A DNA stretch of 64,000 nucleotides from a bacterium (GTDB lineage: Bacteria > Ratteibacteria > UBA8468 > B48-G9 > DSTR01): contig JAKPFT010000014.1 in NCBI GenBank assembly GCA_029551285.1, positions 14,847 to 78,846 of the forward strand, read 5' to 3'. The stretch's first letter is position 1. The number at the start of each line of letters is the position of its first letter. Below the pieces are notes generated by a model that had not been told where the DNA came from, did no database searches, and saw only the letters and a list, made by a program, of their open reading frames with translations. Below are positions 19,620 through 28,646 of this stretch, in pieces. The position numbers were made by a program, and so were the translations under genes.

Positions 19620-20342
19620 TTATCGGAAAACTTCTTTCAGCAGTTGCGTCACCCGGGCAGCCGGATTCTTTCTGATATTTTTCTCTTCACTGGCTAAAAT
19701 ATAGAAAAGGCCGTCCAGAGCTCTGGCCACCACGTAACCATCCAGGTCAAGAAAGGCAATTTTTTCGGCGAAAGGCAGTTTTTGGTACGGTTCCACAATA
19801 GCTTTATATTTGGCGGTCACACTGAAGGCGTCGAGCTGCTCTTTAACCACCGGGGTAAAAGCCAGGGTCAGGCTATCGTAGGTTTTCGTCTTAAAAAAAT
19901 CAGTGATGGCTGTCTCTCCTCCATTCAAAATTTTCCTGGCGTCATCAAAAGTTATCTGAGTAATGGCTTCCAGAAAGATATTTCTGGCAAAAGGAGCGGC
20001 TTTTTCCGCAGCCCGGTTCATGCTCAGAACAAAATCATCCAGTTTTGGTCCGTAGCCGAGCAAACGCAAAACATCTTCCATTTTTCTCACATTCTCAGGC
20101 AAAAGAATTTTAATGGCAGCATTGGCAAAGTATCCGTCTACTTTTCCGGTAAGATTCACGGCGTTTTCTGTCCCGACAGAAAGGGCCTCTTTTAAGCCAG
20201 CAACAATTTTTTCTTCACTCAACACACTTCTGGACGAAATTCCAAACTTCTGCAGAAGGATGTCCAGGAAACCGGCCTCAGCCGTGGAAAGAGACAAACA
20301 AAGTGACCCGAAAAGCAAGACTAACAGTAAACGTAGTTTCAT
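19620..20342 (-). CDS. Secreted DUF4197-family protein
   Basis: Signal peptide MKLRLLLVLLFGSLCLSLSTAEA. Overall resemblance to DUF4197 proteins (ILNGGETAITDFF region). Confidence 0.55.
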   Translation of the reverse strand: MKLRLLLVLLFGSLCLSLSTAEAGFLDILLQKFGISSRSVLSEEKIVAGLKEALSVGTENAVNLTGKVDGYFANAAIKILLPENVRKMEDVLRLLGYGPKLDDFVLSMNRAAEKAAPFARNIFLEAITQITFDDARKILNGGETAITDFFKTKTYDSLTLAFTPVVKEQLDAFSVTAKYKAIVEPYQKLPFAEKIAFLDLDGYVVARALDGLFYILASEEKNIRKNPAARVTQLLKEVFR

Positions 20343-20805
20343 CGCCCACCACCTTGTCTTATGCTAACACGGCTTTTTCTTCTTTAAAACCGGTTGTGGT
20401 AGAATAGCAACCGCTCACCCTTGCTAAAACATAGTTGGTAGTGTCAAAAATGGAAGAAAGAGGGGTCAAAGGGAACAAGCTGGCTCACTTGAGAGCGCTC
20501 CGGCGCAGACAAGGACTACGCCGAAATTGGCTGCTGGTGCCAACTCCTTCGCCATCTGGCGAGCTGGAGACACCGCCGAGTAAGGTATTGCGTCCCGGAT
20601 GGAATTGTCGGGGCCGCTTACCGAGCGGTGCCGCTTTTCGTCTTGTCTTGTAGCTGTGCCTTCGCAATTCGTTGGCCAGTTATTCCCTTCCTTTTTGACA
20701 GTGGGGGAGCAAGGGAAATAAGGACTGGCAAAGCCATTGACAGGCAAAAGGCTGAGAAACGACTCAAAGTTTTTGACCCACCTAGATAAATAACGGGGAG
20801 TAAAA

Positions 20806-21894
20806 ATGATGGACTGGCGGAAGGACTGGGAGAAGTCAAGGCAAAGACACCAGGCCTGGTGGCACGGAGAAGTAATTGACCGGGTGCTCATCCAGGTGGT
20901 CGCTCCGAGAAAAACGGGTTCACCTGAGCAACGGCCTCCGGAAGAAACTGATGTTGAAAAATTGTGGCTTGACCCGGAACCACGGCTGGCCAGAATGGAG
21001 AAAACCCTGGAGGAAACTTATTATGCCGGTGATGCCTTTCCCTATCTAAACACATCCCTCGGGCCAGGCACCTTTTCTCTTTATCTGGGTGCCAGACCGG
21101 AATTTACCCCCCATACTGTCTGGTATCATCCCTGCTACCAGGAACTGGCCAGTGCTACCCCGCCTTCCTTCGATGAGAAAAACAGATACTGGCAGGCCAC
21201 GGTCAGTTTGTGCCAGGCAGCAGTGAAAAAAGCCCGGGGAAGATATCTGGTGGGTTATCCTGACCTGATTGAGAACCTGGATACTCTGGCTTCCCTTTTC
21301 GGTACAGAACGGCTTCTCCAGGGGCTGATGGACTATCCGGAAAAAATTCACCAGTTTCAAAAAGCCATCTTACCGATTTATCTTGACTGCCACCGCCGTC
21401 TCTACGAAGTTATCCGGGATGAACAAGGCGGCTCCTGTTTCTCCCATTTTTCTATCTATGGAAACGGCCGGGTTGCTAAACTGCAGTGCGACTTCAGCGC
21501 TATGATTTCCACAAAAATGTTTGAGGAGTTTGTTCTTCCCTATCTTGACCAGCAATGTCAGCAACTTGACCACACTGTTTACCACTGGGATGGACCAGGT
21601 GCCCTCCACCATGAGCAAGCCCTGCTTTCCCTGCCTTCTCTTCAGGCCATCCAGTGGACACCTGGAGCCGGCCAACCCGGGGTGGGAGACCGGCGCTGGT
21701 GGCCGCTTTACCGGAAGGTCCGTAAAGCTAAAAAATCATTACTGCTTCTGGGGCTCACCGCAGCTGAGGCCCGGTCTATTGTAGAGGAGTTTGGTCCGGA
21801 AGGTCTCAATCTGCTGGTCACTGCAGAAACTCCCCGGGAGGCTGACGAACTTGTTCACCAGGCCAGCCACTGGCACAGAAAAACAATCTGGTGA
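20806..21894 (+). CDS. Hypothetical protein (362 aa), family not recognised
   Basis: Long ORF with Trp-rich N-terminus (MMDWRKDWEKSRQRHQAWWHGEV). It lacks the MtaA-type N-terminus seen in the 31791 and 59911 proteins, so it is not called URO-D-like. Confidence 0.4.
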   Translation: MMDWRKDWEKSRQRHQAWWHGEVIDRVLIQVVAPRKTGSPEQRPPEETDVEKLWLDPEPRLARMEKTLEETYYAGDAFPYLNTSLGPGTFSLYLGARPEFTPHTVWYHPCYQELASATPPSFDEKNRYWQATVSLCQAAVKKARGRYLVGYPDLIENLDTLASLFGTERLLQGLMDYPEKIHQFQKAILPIYLDCHRRLYEVIRDEQGGSCFSHFSIYGNGRVAKLQCDFSAMISTKMFEEFVLPYLDQQCQQLDHTVYHWDGPGALHHEQALLSLPSLQAIQWTPGAGQPGVGDRRWWPLYRKVRKAKKSLLLLGLTAAEARSIVEEFGPEGLNLLVTAETPREADELVHQASHWHRKTIW

Positions 21895-21898
21895 GTTC

Positions 21899-22711
21899 TC
21901 ACACCAGGCGCTTTCTCTTGAGAAGTTCCGCACAAAGTATACCCAGAAACGAGCAGAACACCATCAGGTATCCCACCAGGAGGAGAAGACGAAGCCAGTC
22001 TCTGGCCAGCACGACCCAGCTGCGGCTGACCTCAGCCCAAACTTCCTGGAACGGTTCCTGAATAGGCACCAGGTAATAGAAAAACCTCGCCAGATTTCTG
22101 CCCAGAGCTGAGAAAAATGCCTCCCGGGGAGTGCTGACGTTGCGCAGCGCGGCTTCCGTCGTCATCCAGAAGAAAAAAAGCGTCCGTTCCTGAAAGGCGG
22201 CTACAAAAAAGATGGCCAGAACCGGGTGGACCAGCAGGCTCATAAAGGTCAAGGTAGCCGCCAGGGTGACCGAGCGGAGGAAGTTATTCATACAAACAAA
22301 GACCAATCCAGACTGGAACGGTATTTTCCAGACAAGGAAAAGAGTGGTTCCGGTCAGCAAGGCTATCAGGGCCAGGCCCGCAGCCACCAGGATAATAGCC
22401 AGCAGCAACGAAAAAATCCAGACCTCTGGCGGACATGGCCTGGTAAAAACCATTTTCAGGCATCTGTCTCTCAGGTGACTGAAGATAGTTAGAATTCCCA
22501 GGGCGGCTACCAGTACAAAACTGTAGCCATTAATCATTCCGGTCACTTCCTGAATGGTGTAGAATCTGTTGGTGTGGGATTCATAAAGAGTGGAGAAGAA
22601 AAGGCCAGTGCCGGCATGAATCGCCAGCACCACCACAATGGCCAGCAGCAAACCGTTTCGGGAGAAAAAAAGCAGATGGCACCGCAGATTAGTCAGCAAC
22701 TGTTTTCCCAC
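21899..22711 (-). CDS. ABC-2 family transporter permease
   Basis: 270 aa, about 6 hydrophobic helices, overlaps the downstream end of the ABC ATPase gene (operon). Confidence 0.65.
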   Translation of the reverse strand: MGKQLLTNLRCHLLFFSRNGLLLAIVVVLAIHAGTGLFFSTLYESHTNRFYTIQEVTGMINGYSFVLVAALGILTIFSHLRDRCLKMVFTRPCPPEVWIFSLLLAIILVAAGLALIALLTGTTLFLVWKIPFQSGLVFVCMNNFLRSVTLAATLTFMSLLVHPVLAIFFVAAFQERTLFFFWMTTEAALRNVSTPREAFFSALGRNLARFFYYLVPIQEPFQEVWAEVSRSWVVLARDWLRLLLLVGYLMVFCSFLGILCAELLKRKRLV

Positions 22712-23618
22712 CAGAGCCTCCCTGGAAAAGATGCTTGAAGGTTTCCTCCAGAGTTGTCTTTTTCAAGGCGCACAAATAAAGCCTCAATCTGCTTTGCCGG
22801 AGGAAATCAAAAAAGTTAGGAAGGTTCTCCTGGCTGATGACGGCCTTTACTGAAGAACCTGTTCGTTCGGTAACCGAAATCCACTCCGGCACCTCAGCCG
22901 CTGGTTCAAATTCCACATCGTAGTTATTTTCCGGATGGAGCAGATGCTTGAGTTCGTCTTCCACCACCACTTTTCCCCGGTCCATAATGGCGACCCGGTT
23001 GCAGATCATCTCCACCTCGGCCAGAACATGAGAATTAAGAATTACCGTGACGCCCTGCCGGTTTTTCTCCAGCAGGATTTCGCGGAATCGGGCCGTGGTC
23101 AGCGGGTCCAGACCCCGGGTAGGCTCGTCCAGGAAAAAGATCTCGGCTGCCTCGTTCACCAGGGCCTGAATCAGTCCAACCTTCTGCTTCATTCCTTTAG
23201 AACACCGGGCTAATTTCAACCGGCGAAAATTACTCAGACCAAAGGTTTCCATTAAGACGGCCTGCTGTTTTTTTGAGGCCGCTCTGGGGTAAAGACTGGC
23301 GTAGTAGGAGACCGCTTCTTCCACTGTGAGATACAGATGGTAGTGTGGCTCTTCCGGCAGATAGGCCACCCGCTGAAAAAGATGACTTCCCGGAAAGAGT
23401 TTTTCTCCAAGAACCTCCACGGAACCGCTCTCCGGAGTCAGCAAACCCAGGAAGGTGTACATGGCCGTTGACTTTCCCGCGCCGTTTGGTCCCAGTAAAC
23501 CATAAATATCGCCTCTCCTGACGGTCACTGAAAAACCGTCCAGGGCGTTAATCCATCCGGTCAATCCCTTGCGGAATCTGAGACGAACCTCTCTGGCCGT
23601 AATCATTTTTCTGAACAA
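22689..23618 (-). CDS. ABC transporter ATP-binding protein with C-terminal extension
   Basis: Walker A GPNGAGKST, signature LSKGMKQKVGL, Walker B FFLDEPTRGLD. Confidence 0.88.
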   Translation of the reverse strand: MFRKMITAREVRLRFRKGLTGWINALDGFSVTVRRGDIYGLLGPNGAGKSTAMYTFLGLLTPESGSVEVLGEKLFPGSHLFQRVAYLPEEPHYHLYLTVEEAVSYYASLYPRAASKKQQAVLMETFGLSNFRRLKLARCSKGMKQKVGLIQALVNEAAEIFFLDEPTRGLDPLTTARFREILLEKNRQGVTVILNSHVLAEVEMICNRVAIMDRGKVVVEDELKHLLHPENNYDVEFEPAAEVPEWISVTERTGSSVKAVISQENLPNFFDFLRQSRLRLYLCALKKTTLEETFKHLFQGGSGGKTVAD

Positions 23619-24496
23619 TACCTGGTATTAATTTTCTTCACCACCTGCTCTTCGCTTAGGCCGGCCGCCAGTTCCGTTTTCATTTCTTCTATCGCCTTCT
23701 TACACATGGAACAGTTACACTCCAGCAAATTCTTGCCACAGCCCCTGGGACAATAGATTTTTCGGGCAAGTCTCTTTTCCTGCTCTGACAACTCTTTCTT
23801 TTTCTTACTCCCGGGCCAGACCCCGGCTTCGGCTTCCAGCCGGCTGGCTCTCACAAATTCCTCCTGGCTGATACCTCTGCCTTTCCGCAAATCACTGAGC
23901 GTGCGGTTAACTTCAGGTTCCAGGGTGACAGCGGTATTATAGATAGCCCCGGTCTGATAAAGGACCACTTTACCCCTGGCATCAATCACCACAGTAGTGG
24001 GATAGGAGTCAATGGCAAACTTCTCTTCCACCTGGCCATCATCCAGGGCTACCGGAAACGAGACCTTTTCCTCTTGAATAAACCTCTCCACTTTTTCCCG
24101 GCTTTCACTGCAGATACCCAGAAGGTAAACGTCCTGCCGGGAATATCTCTGATAAAACTTGTTCAGTCCAGGCATTTCCCGGCGGCAGGGTTCACACCAG
24201 GTAGCAAAGAAGTTGAGAATGACACATTTCCGACCAGCCACCTCCGCGAGTCTAAATTTCTCCCCGGAAAGAAGCGTCGTCTCAAAAGAAGGTGCGGTTA
24301 TTCCGGTTAGCAGCCGCGGTTTGGCGAAAAATCCCGCGAGCTGATTGAGCTGTTTTTCCGACGGGCTTTCCTTCAGTTTCAGATGAAAGAAAAAGACCAG
24401 TGTCGCCAGAAGAAGGGTAAAGATCAGGCGAGAGACATGGATTTTTGCTTTCACTTTCTTTTCCATGCTCCGGCTCGCTTTACCTGATGATACCAC
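23603..24496 (-). CDS. Membrane-anchored TlpA/ResA-like thiol:disulfide oxidoreductase fused to a CcmH-like Cys-rich C-terminal domain
   Basis: Thioredoxin-fold motif FFATWCEPCRREMP. C-terminal KIYCPRGCGKNLLECNCSMCKKAIEEMKTELAAGLSEEQVVKKINTRY resembles the CcmH pattern (Cys pair followed by ...L..G.S.EEI....RYG). Confidence 0.6.
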   Translation of the reverse strand: MVSSGKASRSMEKKVKAKIHVSRLIFTLLLATLVFFFHLKLKESPSEKQLNQLAGFFAKPRLLTGITAPSFETTLLSGEKFRLAEVAGRKCVILNFFATWCEPCRREMPGLNKFYQRYSRQDVYLLGICSESREKVERFIQEEKVSFPVALDDGQVEEKFAIDSYPTTVVIDARGKVVLYQTGAIYNTAVTLEPEVNRTLSDLRKGRGISQEEFVRASRLEAEAGVWPGSKKKKELSEQEKRLARKIYCPRGCGKNLLECNCSMCKKAIEEMKTELAAGLSEEQVVKKINTRYCSEK

Positions 24497-24533
24497 TTTT
24501 TTCTCTTTTCGGAGAAGTCAAAAACCCGCCTGA

Positions 24534-24719
24534 CTAAATACTGACTTTCTTAAGCGCCGCCAGTACCGATTCCCGGTCAAAACGGAACTTGTTACCAATT
24601 TTAAATCCGGGAATCTTCCTTTCCCGGGCCATCTTGTAGATGGAATAAGGGGAAACCCCAAGAAAATCAGCCAGTTCCTTCACCGAGAGAATACGTTTCT
24701 CTTCCCTGGTCTGGTTCAT
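24534..24719 (-). CDS. Small helix-turn-helix DNA-binding protein (excisionase/HTH_17-like)
   Basis: 61 aa; LSVKELADFLGVSPYSIYKMARERKIPGFKIG is a classic excisionase-family HTH. Confidence 0.65.
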   Translation of the reverse strand: MNQTREEKRILSVKELADFLGVSPYSIYKMARERKIPGFKIGNKFRFDRESVLAALKKVSI

Positions 24720-24728
24720 AACTGTGGC

Positions 24729-25106
24729 TCAAAGTTTATCCGCTGCATCCTTCTTGAGAAGAGCATACTTCTTGAGAAATTCCACCGGTATCCAGCCAAT
24801 CACACTGGTGGGGAAATTGTTATGTCTGGTGATCAGTACCCGCGCCGCGCAACCGCTAACTTCCAGAATTCTAAACTCGTCCCCGGGATTGAGAAAGGTC
24901 ACTAAGTTTTCCAGGAGATTGGCTCCGCTGACCACATGCTCCTGGTTGTGGGTCACCGCGACGTGGCCCATAACGGTGTATAAACCACCCTCACTGGTGC
25001 TGGCTGGTTTCTCAACGAAGAAGTGCTTCCAGAGCAGAAAGAGAAGAATAAGAAGGCCACCCAGAAAAGCCGTTGCCCCTGACTTCCTCCTTTTCCTCCG
25101 TCCCAT
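24729..25106 (-). CDS. Membrane-anchored protein with bacterial SH3-like domain (putative)
   Basis: N-terminal basic segment followed by a TM helix (GGLLILLFLLW). C-terminal ...PGDEFRILEVSG...VIGWIPVEFL resembles SH3b. Confidence 0.35.
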   Translation of the reverse strand: MGRRKRRKSGATAFLGGLLILLFLLWKHFFVEKPASTSEGGLYTVMGHVAVTHNQEHVVSGANLLENLVTFLNPGDEFRILEVSGCAARVLITRHNNFPTSVIGWIPVEFLKKYALLKKDAADKL

Positions 25107-25337
25107 GCCACCCCCTTTCCTTCCATTTTACAGTATCGCGTTTTTCTGTCAAGTAATGTACCATTTGTTAGATTTTCGCTTAATATCAGTGTTTTCCATA
25201 TGCTATTATCGCTTTTCGTCTTATTTCACTTTATAATCTTAAGAATTGTCTTAAATCGTAGCGCGAGAAGCCGCTTTTCTGACAGCTTGCTTACAGTTAT
25301 TTCTGCAGGCAAACCACTTGAGGGAACTTTTGAACAG

Positions 25338-27365
25338 TCAGGGAGACTTCAGTCTATCCGCTGCGACACTGGCTAACTGGTGGTGGGGATATTCCTTGAT
25401 GATTCTCCGGTAATATTCTTCTGCTCTAACTCTGTTACCAAGGCCTTCCTGGGCTTCAGCGGCCAGGCTTAAGGCCCAGACCAGGTAGGGATTGTCCTTC
25501 TCCTGACATCCGCGCAGAAACAAATCCAGCTCATGCCAGGCTGATTGGTAATCCCTTCTCAGAAGGTTGGCCCGAGCAAACAACACTGACCAGTGGCCCC
25601 GTAACTTCACCGCGGGCAGCTCTTCCGCCCAGGCGTTCAGCCTCTCCAGGGCAGTAGAGGCATCTCTGTTTTTCAGGGCATCAAGAACATTTCTGGCGTG
25701 GTAGCCACTGCGCATCTCAAAAAGTTTTGTTTCGGTTAGCCTCTCGTATTCCTTCCTGGCCGCAGAAAAGTCTCCTTTTTCTCTGAGGATGTCTGCCAGA
25801 TACAGCTGTGCTCTGCGTTTCAACGCTGCTGGAACTTTCTCGCCCATTTTCACGATTTTTTGATACTGCTCGGTCGCTGCCGCCAGGTCCCCTCTCAGAA
25901 ACAGAACCTGGCCCAGTTCCAGACAAATCTCAGGTCGCCAGTTCTGGCCAAGCATTTCCCGATAGAGATTTTCTGCCCGGAGGTAATCCTTCCCCGCGCT
26001 GGCCAGTCGGGCTGCAACCAAGGAAGTCTGGTCTTTCTCCTCGACGCTCAAATTCCGGCGCAGCATCTCCTGGTAAACCTTAAGGGCCAGTTCCCGGGCA
26101 TCGTAACTGATGAAGATACCGGCTAACCGGCGCAGGTCTTTTAGAGAGCACCCGGCCAGGTCATAACTCTGGAATTCCTCTAAATACTCTGCCGGCGGCC
26201 GACCTGGCAGGTTCAGTTTCAGCGGGTCAGGTTGCACCTTAACCTTCATCGTCACAGAATCAGTTTTCCCGTTGACATCCCTGACCTTCAAGGTCACCGG
26301 GTAGAGCCCGGACTGCAAATAGGTGTGGATGACAGTTTCACCTGCGCCCTTTTGACCATCGCCGAATTCCCATTCCCTGGAGACAATTTTTGCCGTGGAG
26401 CAAGAACTCTCCTGGAAGCGGAAGGTAATCAGGTCCCACTGTTCCCGGTAGAGATAGTGGGTATTCTCCCAGGAAAAATCTGCGGCCAGAGAACTATTTA
26501 TTTTTTCTACTGGTCCGGTTTCTACCCTGGCCAGCGGCAGAAAAAACTTTTCCGGAATCACCTGAAAATGTTTTTCTTGAGCTCTGGCGACCGCGGCGAC
26601 TGCCATTTCCTGGCCTGGCCGACCAATGTGGTAATAAGTGAGCCGATGCAGCCCCGGTTTCAAATCAATCGCACCGGATTGTTCTGGCCGCACAAAAGGC
26701 ACCGGACCGTGCCAGCCCGGCCAGGCTGCCACCAACCGGTCATCCACCATCACAAAAGAGGCGCCGGCAGAACTGGTAGCGAAGACAAGCGTCTCTGGTT
26801 GCTGGCTGTAGAAATAGCCTGTATAAATCCGGACCACATCCTTCTCCAGACCGAGGGGATTGCTTCCATCCCAGATTCTGGGGTGAAAGGACCGGGCCAG
26901 CAACCCGCTCTGCCGGCTTTTTTCAATCACTTCTCTGGCTTTTTCCCAGGTGTGACATTCCCATCCTTGTCTGGGGTAAACCTCCAGCAACAGTCCCCGC
27001 TGAGGTTGAAAGGAAGTGTCACTCTGGCTGGCCTGCGGATTACCGTAATAAAGAAAATAATTTTCACCCTGGGGCGAAAAAGCGACCTGGTAAACATTTC
27101 CCGAATTTACCGAAACAACCCAGTGAGGAACCACCTGACCGCCAGCGTCCACAATCCTGATATCTGTTCCCTCCAGCGACGCCGGACCACAAAAGTTAAC
27201 CACAGCCACCGGTGGGACCGGGAAATTATCCCTGGTCCAGACTACCTTAAGAGCCCGGCGGTAGGTCCATCCCTCCAGCCAGAACGTCTGAGCCGCGGCT
27301 TCCCTGATTCCGCCCGAAAGAAGCACTGTTAGAGCAAGGAGAGGAAGGTTCATTTCTCCTATCAT
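25338..27365 (-). CDS. Secreted PKD-domain / TPR-repeat protein
   Basis: Signal-like N-terminus. PKD-like segment EFGDGQKGAGETVIHTYLQSGLYPVTLKVRDVNGKTDSVTMKV. C-terminal third is rich in TPR-like repeats. Confidence 0.65.
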   Translation of the reverse strand: MIGEMNLPLLALTVLLSGGIREAAAQTFWLEGWTYRRALKVVWTRDNFPVPPVAVVNFCGPASLEGTDIRIVDAGGQVVPHWVVSVNSGNVYQVAFSPQGENYFLYYGNPQASQSDTSFQPQRGLLLEVYPRQGWECHTWEKAREVIEKSRQSGLLARSFHPRIWDGSNPLGLEKDVVRIYTGYFYSQQPETLVFATSSAGASFVMVDDRLVAAWPGWHGPVPFVRPEQSGAIDLKPGLHRLTYYHIGRPGQEMAVAAVARAQEKHFQVIPEKFFLPLARVETGPVEKINSSLAADFSWENTHYLYREQWDLITFRFQESSCSTAKIVSREWEFGDGQKGAGETVIHTYLQSGLYPVTLKVRDVNGKTDSVTMKVKVQPDPLKLNLPGRPPAEYLEEFQSYDLAGCSLKDLRRLAGIFISYDARELALKVYQEMLRRNLSVEEKDQTSLVAARLASAGKDYLRAENLYREMLGQNWRPEICLELGQVLFLRGDLAAATEQYQKIVKMGEKVPAALKRRAQLYLADILREKGDFSAARKEYERLTETKLFEMRSGYHARNVLDALKNRDASTALERLNAWAEELPAVKLRGHWSVLFARANLLRRDYQSAWHELDLFLRGCQEKDNPYLVWALSLAAEAQEGLGNRVRAEEYYRRIIKEYPHHQLASVAADRLKSP

Positions 27366-27632
27366 AGTGCCTTATTTCCTGAGGAAAATCAACCGACTAT
27401 GCTGCTCAACTGTGCCATGGTCTTACCGCCCCTAACCACTCCCTGGGCAACTTTTCCCTCAAACCGGCCTTGTGTGTCTTTTTCATCTTCCGCTTTCTTC
27501 CGTTGGCTCTCCCTTATGCTAAAATACACCTACGGGGACCGTCCAGTCTCTGGGAAGACTTCGGTTTCAGGTGCTGGTCAAGGTGGTGGATATGTTTGTC
27601 AATGATAGGAACAATCTTCTGGAGGTGAAGGT

Positions 27633-27848
27633 ATGAAATTCACAGGCGTCATCACGAAGGAAGAACGGTGGTATGTTGCCCATTGTGTAGAACTTGGCGT
27701 CGTAAGCCAGGGCAAGACGATTGAAGAGGCTCAGGCAAACCTCAAAGAGGCTGTAGAACTCTACCTAGAAAGTTTCGGAACAGAGGAACTACCGGAAAGC
27801 AAAGGTGAAGTTGTTCTCTATCCTCTTGAGGTAGGAGTCAGTGACTAA
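27633..27848 (+). CDS. hicB: HicB-family antitoxin
   Basis: 71 aa; ...WYVAHCVELGVVSQGKTIEEAQANLKEAVELYLE is typical of HicB/UPF0150. Confidence 0.78.
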   Translation: MKFTGVITKEERWYVAHCVELGVVSQGKTIEEAQANLKEAVELYLESFGTEELPESKGEVVLYPLEVGVSD

Positions 27849-28062
27849 ACTTCCCGTTCTCTCTGGCAAACAGGTGGTCAAGGCTCTTAAGAAGGATGGC
27901 TTTCAAGTTGTGCGGCAAAAGGGAAGTCATGTTAGCCTCCAAAAAGGGGTTTACAGAACGGTTGTGCCTCTTCACGATGAGCTGGCTAAAGGAACACTTT
28001 TAGGTATCTTAAAACAGTGCGGGTTATCCAGGGAAGACCTGGCCAGGTTGATAAGCGAGTGA
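27841..28062 (+). CDS. hicA: HicA-family mRNA interferase toxin
   Basis: 73 aa; LSGKQVVKALKKDGFQVVRQKGSHVSL is typical of HicA. Overlaps hicB by 8 nt. Confidence 0.78.
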   Translation: MTKLPVLSGKQVVKALKKDGFQVVRQKGSHVSLQKGVYRTVVPLHDELAKGTLLGILKQCGLSREDLARLISE

Positions 28063-28646
28063 GGCAGCATGGCGATTGAGTTAGATCAGAAAACAAGCAG
28101 GGTCCCACTACAAGGACGTTTCTTGAGTTCTGGTTCAAGGAGGAGCATATTCTTCCCAATGGCTCACGCTTTGAATTCTGGACATGTCAGCGAGGAGTTT
28201 TAAAACCTTAATTTACGTTTATGTGGTGTGCCGATATCAAAGTCTCTATGAGTTAAGCAGAGGTTGCGGGGTGAGGATCCCTGTTAACCCCACCAGAGAC
28301 TACTATCCAGGTATTGTTTCAAAATGGCTATCGGTTCAGGAAAGACCTGGGTGATGACCCTGGCAATGGTCTGTGAATATTTCAACAGCGCATTCGGTAG
28401 GGATAACAGGATGAACTGCGAGAAACTTCTATTTTCCCCCTAAGATTCTCCTAAATCCCTTCTATTCTATATTTGCCCCACTTGTCTTAGTAGGCTTCTC
28501 AATGCTCCAACAGGTATTTCTTTCTTATTCATTGGCAGGACTGTCCAATAAAGACTGAAATAATTTTGTAGCTGTTGCTTATTCCTTGCAAGGAAGATAT
28601 AATTTTTACAGGCGCCAAAAAGTTTCCACCTGAACAGGAGGGGAAA

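Noticed and set aside
20440-20660. Cobalamin riboswitch call for the structured intergenic segment
   Set aside because: It has isolated sub-motif resemblance (GGTGCCAACTCC, CTGG..GAGTAAGG) but the spacing is wrong and I could not find a clear B12 box. Kept only as a candidate structured leader.
20806-21894. Calling the 362-aa protein a third URO-D/MtaA-like paralog
   Set aside because: Similar size, but it lacks the MtaA-type N-terminus seen in the 31791 and 59911 proteins. The resemblance is too weak by eye.
21899-24496. Cytochrome c maturation (ccmABGH) or nos-type interpretation of ABC ATPase + ABC-2 permease + TlpA/CcmH-like fusion
   Set aside because: No CcmC/CcmE/CcmF or NosD/NosL-like genes are adjacent, and the ATPase (309 aa with C-terminal extension) is unlike CcmA. 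The substrate is left unknown.
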